Shown: positions 51,601 to 62,287 of the stretch, piece after piece
Layout: the number at the start of each line of letters is the position of its first letter
How positions within the stretch are numbered: position 1 is the first letter of the stretch
Origin: an uncultured Acidobacteriota bacterium
Lineage (GTDB): Bacteria; Acidobacteriota; Thermoanaerobaculia; UBA5066; DATFVB01
Length of the DNA stretch: 64,000 nucleotides
Assembly: GCA_963813155.1 (NCBI GenBank)
Contig: CAWEYG010000001.1
Span: 79,058-143,057, forward strand
Direction of reading: 5' to 3'
The notes under the pieces: generated by a model
The model's database searches: none
The model's input: the letters and a program-made list of their open reading frames with translations, nothing else
What the model was told of the DNA's origin: nothing
Made by a program: the position numbers and the translations under genes

Positions 51601-54600
51601 CGAGCTGTCCGCCGAGGACGTGCTCGAGCTTCGCGAAACCGCTCGCCTGACGTGGAGATTCTTCGAGAAGTTCGCGAACGCGGAAGAGCACGATCTCCCC
51701 CCCGATAACTATCAGGAGGACCCCGAGCCGCGTGTCGCGCACCGGACCTCTCCGACGAACATCGGGTTCTCTCTTTTGTCGGCCGTCGCGGCCTTCGATT
51801 TCGGGTACGTGGGGATACGCGACCTCGTCGAACGCCTCGAACGGACGCTCGGCGTCGTGGAATCGCTCCCGCGGCTTCGCGGGCATCTCTACAACTGGTA
51901 CGACACGACGACCCTCGCACCCCTTCCGCCTCGCTACGTCTCGTCGGTCGACAGCGGAAACCTCGCGGCAAGTCTCATCGCGCTCAAGCAGAGCTGCCTC
52001 GAGCTGGCCGAGAGCTCGCCCCGACCTCCCTGGAGGGACGGGCTCGCCGATCTGATCCGTCTCGTTCAGAAGGAGGTCGATGCGATCCCCGCCTCGGGCG
52101 TTCGGACGGAGGCGATCCCGCTGCGCCAGCTCCGAAATCAGGTGCTCGCGCTCGGAGCGCTGCCCGCCTCGCCGAATGCGCTCGAAAGCGAAGTTCTCGC
52201 CGAAATCGAACAGAGCGGCTCGGCCCTCGAAGACGCCGTGCGGGCGCTCGCCCAGGAGCACGCGGAGATCCCGCTCGCCCAGCTGCTCGGCCTCCTCGGC
52301 GACGTGGCGCGGCAGGCCCGGTCTCTCGCGCGCGATTCCGAAGGCCCCGCCGACGCGCCGGCGATCGAACAGCGGCTCCGGGGGATCGCGAATCGCGCGC
52401 AAAAATTCGTGGACGAGACAGACTTCTCGTTTCTCTTCGACGGGGAAAGAAAGGTCTTTTCGATCGGCTGGAACGCGCAGATGGAGCGTCTGGACAAGTC
52501 GTACTACGACCTCCTGATCTCCGAGGCTCGGCTGACGAGCTTCTGCGCGATCGCCAAGGGCGACGTGCCGACGGAGCACTGGTTTCGCCTGCAGAGGCCG
52601 TTCGCCGTTTCTTTCAAGCGTCCGGTCCTTCTGTCCTGGTCGGGAAGCATGTTCGAGTACCTGATGCCCCTGATCCTCCTCCGGTCGTATCCCGACACGC
52701 TGCTGCACGAGACGTGCACAGCGGCGGTCGAGGCGCAGGTGCAGTACGTCCGGGGAAAGAAGATTCCCTGGGGCGCGTCGGAATCCGCCTACAACGCCCG
52801 GGACCTGCACCTCAACTACCAGTACGGCCCGTTCGGCGTGCCGGAGCTCGGCCTTCGCCGCGTTGCGCCGGACGAGCTCGTGATCTCTCCCTACTCGACA
52901 TTCCTCGCGCTGCTCGCGGACCCTTCGGGAGCGCCGGAAAACCTTCGTCGGCTCGCGGCCGAGGGAGCGCGCGGAGACTTCGGCTTCTACGAGTCGATCG
53001 ACTACACGCCGAGGCGCCTGCCCCCCGGCTCGACACGCTCCGTCGTCAAAGCGTTCATGGCCCACCACCAGGGGATGATCCTTCTCTCGATCCACAACGC
53101 CGTCCTCGCGGATCGCATGCGAAACCGGTTTCACTCGGACCCGGCAGTCCAGGCCACCGAGCTGCTGCTGCAGGAGCGGATCCCGCGCAACACGTCCGCG
53201 CTCGCCGGTTCGATCGTCGCCCAGGTGGCGGCTGGCCGGGTCGTCCGCGAGGAAATCGCGATCCCGACCCGGCGGTTCGATTCGCCCGATTCCTCGACGC
53301 CGCGCAGCCAGATTCTCTCGAACGGTTCCTACTCCGTGCTCGTGACGGTGGCCGGTTCCGGATTTTCCCAACGGGGCGGCCTGGCGGTTACCCGGTGGCG
53401 TGACGACCCCACGTCCGATTCCTGGGGCTCCTGGATCTACCTGCGCGACGTGAGAAGCGGCCAGCGATGGTCGGCAGGGCATCAGCCGACGCTCCGGCGC
53501 GCGAAGAGATACGAGGCGAAGTTCTCCGAGCACAAGGCTGAATTCCTGCGCATCGACGAGGGCATCGAAACGCGCATGGAGGTGATCGTCTCCGCGCAGG
53601 CGGACGTGGAGATCCGGCGAGTCACGCTGACGAACACCTCGACGAGGGCGCGCGACGAGCGGGACATCGAAGTGACGAGCTACGCCGAAATCGTCCTCGC
53701 GCCGCAGGCTGCCGACATCGCCCATCCCGCCTTTTCGAAGATGTTCCTCGAGACGGAGTGGACTGGCGGGAGGCTGCTCTGCAGCCGCCGGCCGCGCTCG
53801 CCGGAGGACAAGCCGGCGTTCGCCGCGCACGCGATGGCGGTGTCGGGCACGAGCCTCGGGGGCGTGCAGCACGAGACCGACCGCGCCCGCTTCCTCGGCC
53901 GCGGGCGGTCTCCCCGCGCCCCGGCCGTGCTCGTCGAGGATCGCCCGCTCTCCGACACGACGGGCGCAGTTCTCGACCCGATCTTCTCCCTGCGCCATCG
54001 CGTTCGCGTGCCGGCGGGCCACAGCGTCCAGATCGCGTTCGTGACCTCGGCGGCCGACACGAGGGAAGATGCGCTCGCCCTCGTCGACCGATTCAAGGAC
54101 CCCGCGCTGTTTGACCGCGAATCCTCTCTCGCGTGGATGCGGTCGCAGGTGCTGTTGAGGCACCTGAACATCACGAGCGACGAGGCCCAGCTGTTCCAGC
54201 GCCTCGCGACCCGCGCCTTCTACAACGACCCGAGCCTGCGGCCCGCCTCGGAGCTCCTGGCCCGCAACACGGGCTCGGCCCGAGCGCTCTGGGCCCACGG
54301 CATCTCCGGGGACCTTCCGATCGTGCTCGTCCGAATCGCCGACATGGAGGAGATCGATCTCGCGCGGCAGCTCCTGCGGGCGCACGAATACTGGAGCCTC
54401 AAGGGGATCACGGTCGATCTCGCGATCGTCAACGAGAGCGGGTCCGCGTATCTTCAGCCGCTCCAGGACCAGCTCAATGCGATCCTGGCGGCGTCTCCTT
54501 CGCGCCTCTTCGCGGGCAAGGCCGGGAGGAATCTTTCTTCGCAGCGCGGACCAGATTCCCGAGCAGGAGCGAATCGTGCTGGAGACGGCCGCCCGGGCGG

Positions 54601-57149
54601 TCCTCGTCGGGTCGAAGGGAACTCTCTCCGATCAGGTCCAGCGGATTCCTTCGAGCGAGATCCTGCCGGCCGCATTCGCGTCGACCGCACCGATCACGCC
54701 GCCGGCCGGCAACCCTCCCCTCGAGACCGGCAAGCTCTCGTTCTTCAATGGAATCGGCGGCTTCTCCGCGGACAGGCGCGAATACGTGATCGTTCTCCTC
54801 GAGAATCAGTACACCCCTTCGCCGTGGTCCAACGTGGTGTCGAACCCGTCTTTCGGCTTTCTCGTCACCGAATCCGGCTCGGGCTGCACCTGGGCGGAAA
54901 ACAGCCACGAAAACCGCCTCACGCCCTGGTCCAACGACCCCGTGACGGATCCGTCCGGCGAGGCAATCTACCTGCGCGACGAAGAGAGCGGCGAAGTGTG
55001 GACGCCGACGCCCCTTCCGATTCGGGACGCCGATCCGTATGTCTGCCGCCACGGCCAGGGCTATTCTCGATTCCTCCACCGGAGAAGCGACATCGAAAGC
55101 GACCTCACGATGTTCGTCCCGGTCGCCGACCCCGTGAAGGTCCTCCGTCTTCGCCTGACGAACCGGTCGGCGTCGCCCCGCAAGATTTCGGCGACGTTCT
55201 ACGCCGAGTGGGTTCTCGGGTCGGAACGGTCCGCGAGCGCGAGATTCGTCGTGACGGAGCCCGACGCGGACCTGCAGGCGATCTTCGCCCGAAACTCCTT
55301 CAACGCCGATTTCGCCTCGCGCACGGCATTCGCGCGAGCGAGCGGAGCGCTGATGTCCTGGACCGCCGATCGCCGCGAGTTTCTGGGGCGAAACGGCCAC
55401 CTGTCGGACCCCGCCGGGCTCCGGCGCGCAAGCCTGTCCGGCCGGAGCGGAGCGGCGCTCGATCCGTGCGCGGCCCTCCAGACCGCCGTCGATCTCGCTC
55501 CGGGAGAGTCGCGCGACGTCGTTTTCCTGCTCGGGGAAACGGACGGCCGCCCGGCCGCGGCCGGGCTGATCCGCCGCTACGGCGAGCCGGGCGGAGCGGA
55601 GACGGCGCTGCGCGAGAGCACCGCGGCGTGGGACAGGCTGCTCGGCGCGGTCCAGGTGCGGACCCCCGACCTCGCCCTCGACCTGATGGTCAATCGCTGG
55701 CTCCTCTATCAAACGCTGTCGAGCCGGGTCTGGGGACGGACCGGCTTCTACCAGTCGAGCGGCGGGTTCGGCTTCCGGGACCAGCTCCAGGACGTCACGG
55801 CGCTGCTGGCGTGTGCGCCGGAGCAGGCGCGCGAGCAGATCGAACGGGCGGCGTCCCGCCAGTTCCCGGAGGGGGACGTGCAGCACTGGTGGCACCCGCC
55901 GTCCGGGCGCGGCATCCGCTCCCGATGTTCCGACGATCTTCTCTGGCTCCCGTTCGTCGCGGCGCATTTCGCCGAGGTCACCGGCGATTCGACGATCTGG
56001 GATGCGGACGCGCCGTTTCTGGACGCGGCGAAGCTCGGCTCGGACGAGGTCGAGGCCTATCAGGAGCCGCGCGTGTCCGCCGAGCACGCGACGATCTTCG
56101 AGCACTGCGCGCGCGCGATCGACCGCAGCCTCGTCGTCGGAGAGCACGGCCTCCCGCTGATCGGCAGCGGGGACTGGAATGACGGCTACAACCATGTCGG
56201 GATCGGCGGCAAGGGCGAGAGCGTCTGGCTCGGATGGTTCCTCCTCGCCGTCCTCCAGAGCTTCCAGCCTCTCTGCGAGGCTCGGGGCGACAAAGGCCGA
56301 GCCGACCGGTATCGCAAGCACGCCGCCCGGCTCAAGTCCGCGATCGAAGCCCACGGATGGGACGGCGACTGGTATCGCCGGGCCTATTTCGACGACGGCG
56401 CGACGCTCGGCTCCGCCGCCGACGCCGAGTGCCGCATCGATTCGTTGTCGCAGACGTGGGCCGTCCTCTCCGGAGCGGGAGACAAGACGCGCACGGCGCG
56501 CGCGATGGTGGCCGTCCACGAATACCTCGTGCGCCGGGAGGACGGGCTCGTGCTGCTGCTGGCGCCGCCGTTCGACCGTTCGCCCCGCTATCCCGGATAC
56601 ATCCAGGGCTATCCCCCCGGAGTCCGGGAGAACGGGGGCCAGTACACCCACGCCGCGGCCTGGGCGGTGATGGCGTTCGCCCAGCTCGGCGACGGCGACC
56701 TCGCCTCCGAGCTCTTCTCGTACCTGAACCCGATCTCTCCGACGAGCACCCGGGCGGGCCTTCACAAATACAAGGTCGAGCCCTATGTGACCGCGGGCGA
56801 CGTCTACTCCGTACCGCCGCTGACGGGCCGCGGGGGATGGACCTGGTACACCGGATCGTCCGGATGGCTGTACCGGGCCGGCGTCGAATCGATCCTCGGC
56901 TTCCGGATCGAGGGAAAGCACTTCACGATCGACCCCTGCATCCCGCGGAGATGGCCCGGCTTCGAGATGGAATACCGCGACGGCGACACGCTGTACAAGA
57001 TCCGCGTCGAGAACCCGAAGGGCGTCTGCCGCGGCGTCGAGAGCGTCGAGGTGGACGGAGTCGCCGTTCCCGCGAAGCGGGTCTGCCGCGAGCACGACGC
57101 GAAGACCCACGAAGTCGTCGTGAGGCTGGGGTCCGGGTCCGCCTCTTGA
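48605..57149 (+). CDS. cyclic beta-1,2-glucan synthase-like giant glycosyltransferase/glycoside phosphorylase (about 2,850 aa; NdvB/ChvB/Cgs architecture); +1 frameshift at about 54524-54529
   Basis: N-terminal cytoplasmic region. GT domain with DxD-like TLDADTRLPRES and QHRWIRGDWQ. Multiple TM segments. Two GH94-like (cellobiose phosphorylase-like) alpha/alpha-toroid regions (GWDGDWYRRAYFDDG, GGWTWYTGSSGWLYR). The frames 48605..56182 and 54477..57149 join at LFAGKAG/GIFLRSADQ. Start is GTG 48605 or ATG 48620. Confidence 0.8.
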
Positions 57150-57152
57150 TCT

Positions 57153-57174
57153 AACGTACGTTATAGCGTACGCT
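57153..57174 (+). promoter_or_regulatory. twin palindromic operator sites (AACGTACGTT and AGCGTACGCT) immediately upstream of yefM
   Basis: Two 10-bp perfect palindromes sharing the CGTACG core, centres 12 bp apart, ending at the yefM ATG. This resembles the long/short palindrome operator bound by YefM-YoeB. Confidence 0.5.
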
Positions 57175-57423
57175 ATGGAAATGACGACGATCAGCGCGAC
57201 GAAGGCGAGGGCCGAGCTCTATCGGCTGCTCGACGAAGCCGCGGAAAGCCACGAACCAATAGAGATCACCGGCAAGCGCCACAACGGGGTCCTCGTCTCG
57301 GAGGAAGACTGGCGCGCGATCCAGGAGACGCTCTATCTCGTCTCGATTCCCGGGATGCGCGCGTCGATCCGCAGGGGCTTGAAAGCTCCGCTCTCGAAGA
57401 CCTCCGAGAAGCCCGGTTGGTAG
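57175..57423 (+). CDS. yefM: type II antitoxin, Phd/YefM family
   Basis: MEMTTISATKARAELYRLLDEAAESHEPIEITGKRHNGVLVSEEDWRAIQETLYL, canonical YefM N-domain. Confidence 0.9.
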   Translation: MEMTTISATKARAELYRLLDEAAESHEPIEITGKRHNGVLVSEEDWRAIQETLYLVSIPGMRASIRRGLKAPLSKTSEKPGW

Positions 57424-57689
57424 AGGGGCCCTGGCGGGTCGTCTTCACGAGTCAGGCTCAGAAGGACGCCCGAAAAATCGCCCAATCGGGACTTCGCTCG
57501 AAAGCCGAAGGACTGATCGAGATTCTCCGGAAGAATCCCCGACAGACCCCTCCCCCGTTCGAGAAGCTCGTTGGAGACCTCGCCGGCGCCTGCTCGCGCC
57601 GAATCAACCTCCAGCACCGGCTCGTCTACCAAATCCTCGACAAACAGAGGACCGTGAAGGTGATCCGCATGTGGACGCACTACGAGTAG
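57417..57689 (+). CDS. yoeB: type II toxin YoeB/Txe (RelE/ParE superfamily mRNA interferase)
   Basis: RINLQHRLVYQILDKQRTVKVIRMWTHYE C-terminus typical of YoeB. TTG start overlaps the yefM stop. Confidence 0.85.
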   Translation: MVEGPWRVVFTSQAQKDARKIAQSGLRSKAEGLIEILRKNPRQTPPPFEKLVGDLAGACSRRINLQHRLVYQILDKQRTVKVIRMWTHYE

Positions 57690-57782
57690 GTCGGCGGACG
57701 CATGCTATCCTCCCGCCCGATGCAGCCCACAGCGCGCGGTGGCAACCGCGCCGCCACATTCCCCTCGCCCTCTGGGAGAGGG

Positions 57783-58863
57783 ATGAGCGCCGAAGGCGCG
57801 AAGGGTGAGGGTGCCCTGCGAATCGCGGTCGTTCCGGGCGACGGCATCGGCGTCGACGTCACGAAAGAGGCGCTGAAAGTCCTGAACGCCGCCGCGAAAG
57901 CCGGGAAGCTCGACGTCGCGACGACCGAGTTCCCGTGGAGCGCCGATCACTACCTGAAGACCGGCGAATCGCTGCCGAAAGGCGCGTTCGACGACCTGCG
58001 CGCGAACTACGACGCGATCTTCATGGGCGCCTTCGGAGACCCGCGGGTCCCCGACATGGCCCACGCGCGCGACATCCTGCTCGGCGCCCGGTTCGTTCTC
58101 GACCTGTACGTCAACGCGCGTCCGATCCGGTGCCTCGACGATCGCCTCAACCCGCTGAAGGGCTTTCGGGCCGCCGACATCGACTTCGTGATCTTCCGCG
58201 AGAACACGGAGGGCTCCTACGCGGGGACGGGCGGCAACTTCAAGAAGGGGACGCCCGACGAGGTCGCGCTCCAGGAGGACATCTCCACGCGCAAAGGCGT
58301 CGAGCGGATCGTCCGCCACGCCTTCGAGTTCGCGAAGACCCGCGGCAAGAAGAAAGTCTGCATGTCGGACAAGAGCAACGCGATGCGCTTCGTCGGAGAC
58401 CTCTGGCAGCGGACGTTCTGGGAAATCGCGAAGGAGTACCCCACGATCGAGGCGTCGCACCTCTACGTCGACGCGCTCGTCATGCAGATGGTCAAGGACC
58501 CGACGCAGTTCGAGGTCGTCGTCACGAACAACATGTTCGGAGACATCACGACGGACCTCGGCGCCGCTCTCCAGGGCGGCCTCGGAATGGCGGCCTCCGG
58601 AAATCTCCATCCGGGGCAAGATCTCCATGTTCGAACCCGTCCACGGCTCCGCGCCGAAATACGCGGGCACGGGAAAGGCGAACCCGTTCGGAGCGATCCT
58701 GACCGTGGCAATGATGCTCGAGCACCTCGGAGCCGCGGAGTCCGCGCGAGCGATCGAATCGGCCGTCCAGACGTGCGTCGAACAGAAACGGTGCACGGCG
58801 GACATCGGAGGCTCCCGAACGACTTCCCAGGCCGGCGACGCCGTCGTTTCGCTGCTCGGTTGA
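57783..58863 (+). CDS. isocitrate/isopropylmalate dehydrogenase family protein (LeuB/tartrate dehydrogenase-like); +1 frameshift at G4 run 58613-58616
   Basis: LRIAVVPGDGIG. NLFGDITTDLGAALQGGLGMAASGNL, then in the next frame ISMFEPVHGSAPKYAGTGKANPFGAILTVAMMLEHLG. The frame-0 tail after 58616 is Arg-rich nonsense. Confidence 0.8.
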
Positions 58864-58905
58864 ATGCCGCGCCCCTTCCTTAACGGTTCTTAAGCAAGTA
58901 CCAAT

Positions 58906-58922
58906 CCGGCACCTCCCTTGCA
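58906..58922 (+). promoter_or_regulatory. sigma54 promoter (cGGCAC-N5-TTGCA)
   Basis: ccGGCACctcccTTGCAcc, near-consensus -24/-12, 53 nt upstream of ATG 58976. Confidence 0.5.
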
Positions 58923-58975
58923 CCGCCCCCGGGACTTTCAACCCCGGGTCCGCCCCGGAGAAAGGGAGCAGAAAG

Positions 58976-60100
58976 ATGAACCGGACATTAACGAGAACGC
59001 GCCATCGAGGAGCGGGGATCGCTTTCGCCGCGCTGCTGACGCTCGCGGCCGGGACGGCGTCCGCGCAGCGTTACATCCAGCACAACCTCGTCTCGGACGT
59101 GCCGTCGCTCGCGCCTCGCACGGATCCGAATCTCGTCAACGCGTGGGGAATCGCGCACAGCCCCACCGGCCCGATCTGGATCGCGAACAACGGCAGCGGG
59201 ACTTCGACCGTCTACGACGAGAACGGACTCCCCGTTCCGAACAAGACCGCGCCGCTCGTCGTCGCGATTCCCGAAGGGACGGCCAACACGGAGGGCGGCG
59301 TCCCGACCGGAACGGTTTTCAACGGGACCGGGCAGTTCGTCGTTTCGGCGAATGGAAAGAGCGGCTCGGCCGTTTTCCTCTTCGCCGGCGAGGACGGGAC
59401 GATCTCCGGCTGGAACCCGGGGGTGAACCCGACGCAGGCGATTCTCGGGGTCGACAACTCGACGAGCGGAGCGGTGCACAAGGGAATTGCCCTCGGAGCG
59501 ATGGGCTCGAACAATCTCGTGTACGTGACGAACTTCAATTCCGGTAATGTCGATGCGTACGATTCGAGCTTCGCGTTCGCGTTCTCTTTCACGGATTCGT
59601 CCCTCACGGCCCTGGGTTACGCGCCATTCGGCATCGCGAACATCAACGGAAACCTGTTCGTGAGCTTTGCCCAGCAGGACGCCGACAAACACGACGATGT
59701 GGCCGGCCCGGGTCACGGCTATGTCGACGAGTTCGACACGAGCGGAACACTGATCAAGCAGTTCGCCGCGCAGGGAACTCTCAATTCGCCGTGGGGAATG
59801 ACGCTCGCGCCGGACAACTTCGGCCATTTCTCCGGGGCGTTGCTCGTCGGAAACTTCGGGGACGGCCGGATCAACTCTTTCGACCCGTCGACCGGGGCAT
59901 TCCTCGGGCAGATGGCAAATCCGAACGGCTCGCCGCTCGCGATCGACGGGCTCTGGGGCCTCGCGTTCGGGAACGGTACGCAAGGAGGAGGCGCGGCCAA
60001 CCAGCTCTACTTCACGGCCGGGCCCGAGGGCGAAAGCCACGGCCTCTTCGGAAGAATTCAGGCGATTCCGGGACTCGCGCAGATGAACGGACGCAACTGA
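58976..60100 (+). CDS. secreted repeat-containing hypothetical protein (possibly TIGR03118-like beta-propeller family)
   Basis: Signal peptide MNRTLTRTRHRGAGIAFAALLTLAAGTASA. Repeated Gly/Asn-rich beta-strand motifs (NAWGIA, GSGTSTVYDENG, NSPWGMTLAP, GLWGLAFGNG). RBS GGAGAAAGGGAG. Confidence 0.6.
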   Translation: MNRTLTRTRHRGAGIAFAALLTLAAGTASAQRYIQHNLVSDVPSLAPRTDPNLVNAWGIAHSPTGPIWIANNGSGTSTVYDENGLPVPNKTAPLVVAIPEGTANTEGGVPTGTVFNGTGQFVVSANGKSGSAVFLFAGEDGTISGWNPGVNPTQAILGVDNSTSGAVHKGIALGAMGSNNLVYVTNFNSGNVDAYDSSFAFAFSFTDSSLTALGYAPFGIANINGNLFVSFAQQDADKHDDVAGPGHGYVDEFDTSGTLIKQFAAQGTLNSPWGMTLAPDNFGHFSGALLVGNFGDGRINSFDPSTGAFLGQMANPNGSPLAIDGLWGLAFGNGTQGGGAANQLYFTAGPEGESHGLFGRIQAIPGLAQMNGRN

Positions 60101-60169
60101 AGATCCTCACCCCGTCCTCACGGACACCCCTCTCCACAAGTTGTGGAGAGGGGCCGGGGGTGAGGAAAA

Positions 60170-62233
60170 TCAGTTCACGTCTTCCGGGGCTTCCTGGTTC
60201 TCGTCTTCCGGCTGAAACGCCCGGGCCGGACTCGGCTTTTCTTCCGGCTCGAGCTCGACGACCCATTTCTCGTAGGTCTCCCCCGGCAGCTCGGAGACGA
60301 ACCTCGACGATTCCAGGAGAACGTCCATCGAATAGCGGTCGCGCGCCAGCATCGGGTACGTGAGCGCGAGCTCGTTTTTCGCGCGAGTGCAGGCGACGTA
60401 GAACAGCCGCCGTTCCTCCTCGAGCCCCTCGGCGGTCGCGGCCGCGCGGAAATTCGGGAACCGGCCGTCGGACAGGCCGATCACGGCGACCCGGCTCCAT
60501 TCGAGGCCCTTCGCCTGGTGGATCGAGGAGAGGACGACTTTCTCGTCCTCCGGCAGTCCCGCGACCGTGTCCTCGCCCGAGAGCTCGTTGTAGAGGGAAA
60601 CCTCGTCGAGGAACTTCGGGAGCGAGTCGTACCCGCCCGCGAACTGGGCGAGCTGCTCCAGGTCGTCCAGCCGCGCGTCGCCGTTTGGAAATTTCGCCCG
60701 CGCGAAATCGCGGTAGACCTGCTCGACGATCAGGCGAATCGATTCTGCCGGCGAATTGCGAACCGACGGCGTGTCCAGCTTCGCGAAGAGGGAGCGGCAT
60801 GGCTCGAGCGCCGCTTCCACGCCGCGCCCGTTGATGGATCGCCCGCCGCGCTGGAAGGCTTCGAGCGGATGCGCCGTGCCGCCGATCGCTTCCCAGATCT
60901 GCGTCGCGGTCCGCTCGCCGATCCGGGGAAACACCTTCAAGGCCCGTTTCCAGGAGATCTCGTCTTTCGGGTTCGCGAGGACGCGGAGGAACGCGAGGAC
61001 GTCCTTGACGTGGCGCTGCTCGAAGAACCGCATGCCCGAGCGGATCTCGTACGGGATTCCCCGCCGCGTGAGCTCCAGCTGGAGCTCCATCGCCTGGTAG
61101 TGGGAGCGGTACAGCACCGCGCAGTCGGAAAGGCGGTCTCCTTCGTCCCGCCATTCCAGCAGGCGCTGAGCAACGAACCGGGCCTGGTCGAACGCGTCGG
61201 GCAGCGGGACGACGGCCGGGAGCACGCCGCTGTCCCGGACGGCCGAGAGCTCTTTCGGAAACTGCCTTTCGTTCTTCGCGATGGACGCGTTCGCGAGGCG
61301 GAGGATCTCGGGGGTCGAGCGGTAGTTCGTCGTCAGGCGAAACACCCGGGCCTCGGGATGGCGCTCCGGAAAGCCGATGATGTTGTCGAACGAAGCTCCC
61401 CGAAACGCGTAGATCGATTGCGCGTCGTCTCCGACGACCGAGATGTTCCCGTGGCCCCTCGCCATTCCGTCGACGATCTCCCCCTGGAGCCGGTTCGTGT
61501 CCTGGTATTCGTCCACGAGGACGTGGGCAAACCGCTTCGAGAGGGCCTCGCCCGAGGGGGTCGAGAGCAGCACCTTCCAGTGCAGGAGAAGATCGTCGTA
61601 GTCGCACGCCCTCGCCGCCTTTTTGCGCTCGAGGTACCGCTGAAAAACCGAAACGATCTCCTCCTGGAGCGGAAGGAAGTGGGGGGCGCGCTCGGCGAGG
61701 ACCTCCGACAGCTTGCGCTCCGTGTTGATCGTGAAGGAGTACAGGTCGAGGAGCACGTCCCCTTTCGGAAAGCGCTTTTCGAGCGTCGGGATCTTCAGGT
61801 CGGAGGTCGCCGTCTCCAGCATCTCTCGGGCGTCCTCCGCGTCGAGGATCGAGAAATTCGGAGGGAGCCCGATCTGCTCGCCGTACTGGCGCAGCAGCCG
61901 GTTTCCGACCGAATGGAACGTGCCGCCCGCCATCTTGCGCGTGTCGATCGTCAGCAGCGCTTCGACGCGGCGCATCATTTCCCGCGCGGCCTTGTTCGTA
62001 AATGTCAGGAGGAGGATTTTCGCCGGGTCGACTCCCGATTCGATGAGCCTCGACACCCGGTACACGAGAGTCCGGGTCTTTCCCGATCCCGCCCCCGCGA
62101 TCACGAGGACCGGGCCGTTTCCCGCGAAGACGACCTCCTTCTGCTCCGCGTTGAGCTCCCGGTCGTAATCGATCCGGTAGTTCACGGAGGGGACCGGAGT
62201 CCGAAGGACGTACTTCTTCATGCGACCGGCCAT
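60170..62233 (-). CDS. UvrD/PcrA/Rep-family ATP-dependent DNA helicase with acidic C-terminal tail
   Basis: Motif I GAGSGKTRTLVYRV. Motif II VLVDEYQDTN. Motif IV TNYRS. Motif VI VACTRAKNELALTYP. Start is ATG 62233 or 62221. Confidence 0.9.
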   Translation of the reverse strand: MAGRMKKYVLRTPVPSVNYRIDYDRELNAEQKEVVFAGNGPVLVIAGAGSGKTRTLVYRVSRLIESGVDPAKILLLTFTNKAAREMMRRVEALLTIDTRKMAGGTFHSVGNRLLRQYGEQIGLPPNFSILDAEDAREMLETATSDLKIPTLEKRFPKGDVLLDLYSFTINTERKLSEVLAERAPHFLPLQEEIVSVFQRYLERKKAARACDYDDLLLHWKVLLSTPSGEALSKRFAHVLVDEYQDTNRLQGEIVDGMARGHGNISVVGDDAQSIYAFRGASFDNIIGFPERHPEARVFRLTTNYRSTPEILRLANASIAKNERQFPKELSAVRDSGVLPAVVPLPDAFDQARFVAQRLLEWRDEGDRLSDCAVLYRSHYQAMELQLELTRRGIPYEIRSGMRFFEQRHVKDVLAFLRVLANPKDEISWKRALKVFPRIGERTATQIWEAIGGTAHPLEAFQRGGRSINGRGVEAALEPCRSLFAKLDTPSVRNSPAESIRLIVEQVYRDFARAKFPNGDARLDDLEQLAQFAGGYDSLPKFLDEVSLYNELSGEDTVAGLPEDEKVVLSSIHQAKGLEWSRVAVIGLSDGRFPNFRAAATAEGLEEERRLFYVACTRAKNELALTYPMLARDRYSMDVLLESSRFVSELPGETYEKWVVELEPEEKPSPARAFQPEDENQEAPEDVN

Positions 62234-62287
62234 TATCGCAGATGAGGTCGACGCCCCGATTCCGACAGGAACATCACCGGTCCGGCT

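Noticed and set aside
50297-57110. Two very long minus-strand ORFs (1362 aa and 878 aa) opposite the glucan synthase gene, plus many Arg-rich plus-strand sub-ORFs
   Set aside because: No domain content. Low-complexity RPG-rich translation. The plus-strand frame has continuous GT84/GH94-type homology.
60170-62233. Considered the UvrD-family helicase as the core of a defense island (for example a Gabija/Hachiman-like helicase)
   Set aside because: No nuclease, ATPase partner or DUF gene is adjacent. The motif set is that of a housekeeping UvrD/PcrA helicase. The flanking genes are a secreted protein and a drug-efflux MFS transporter.
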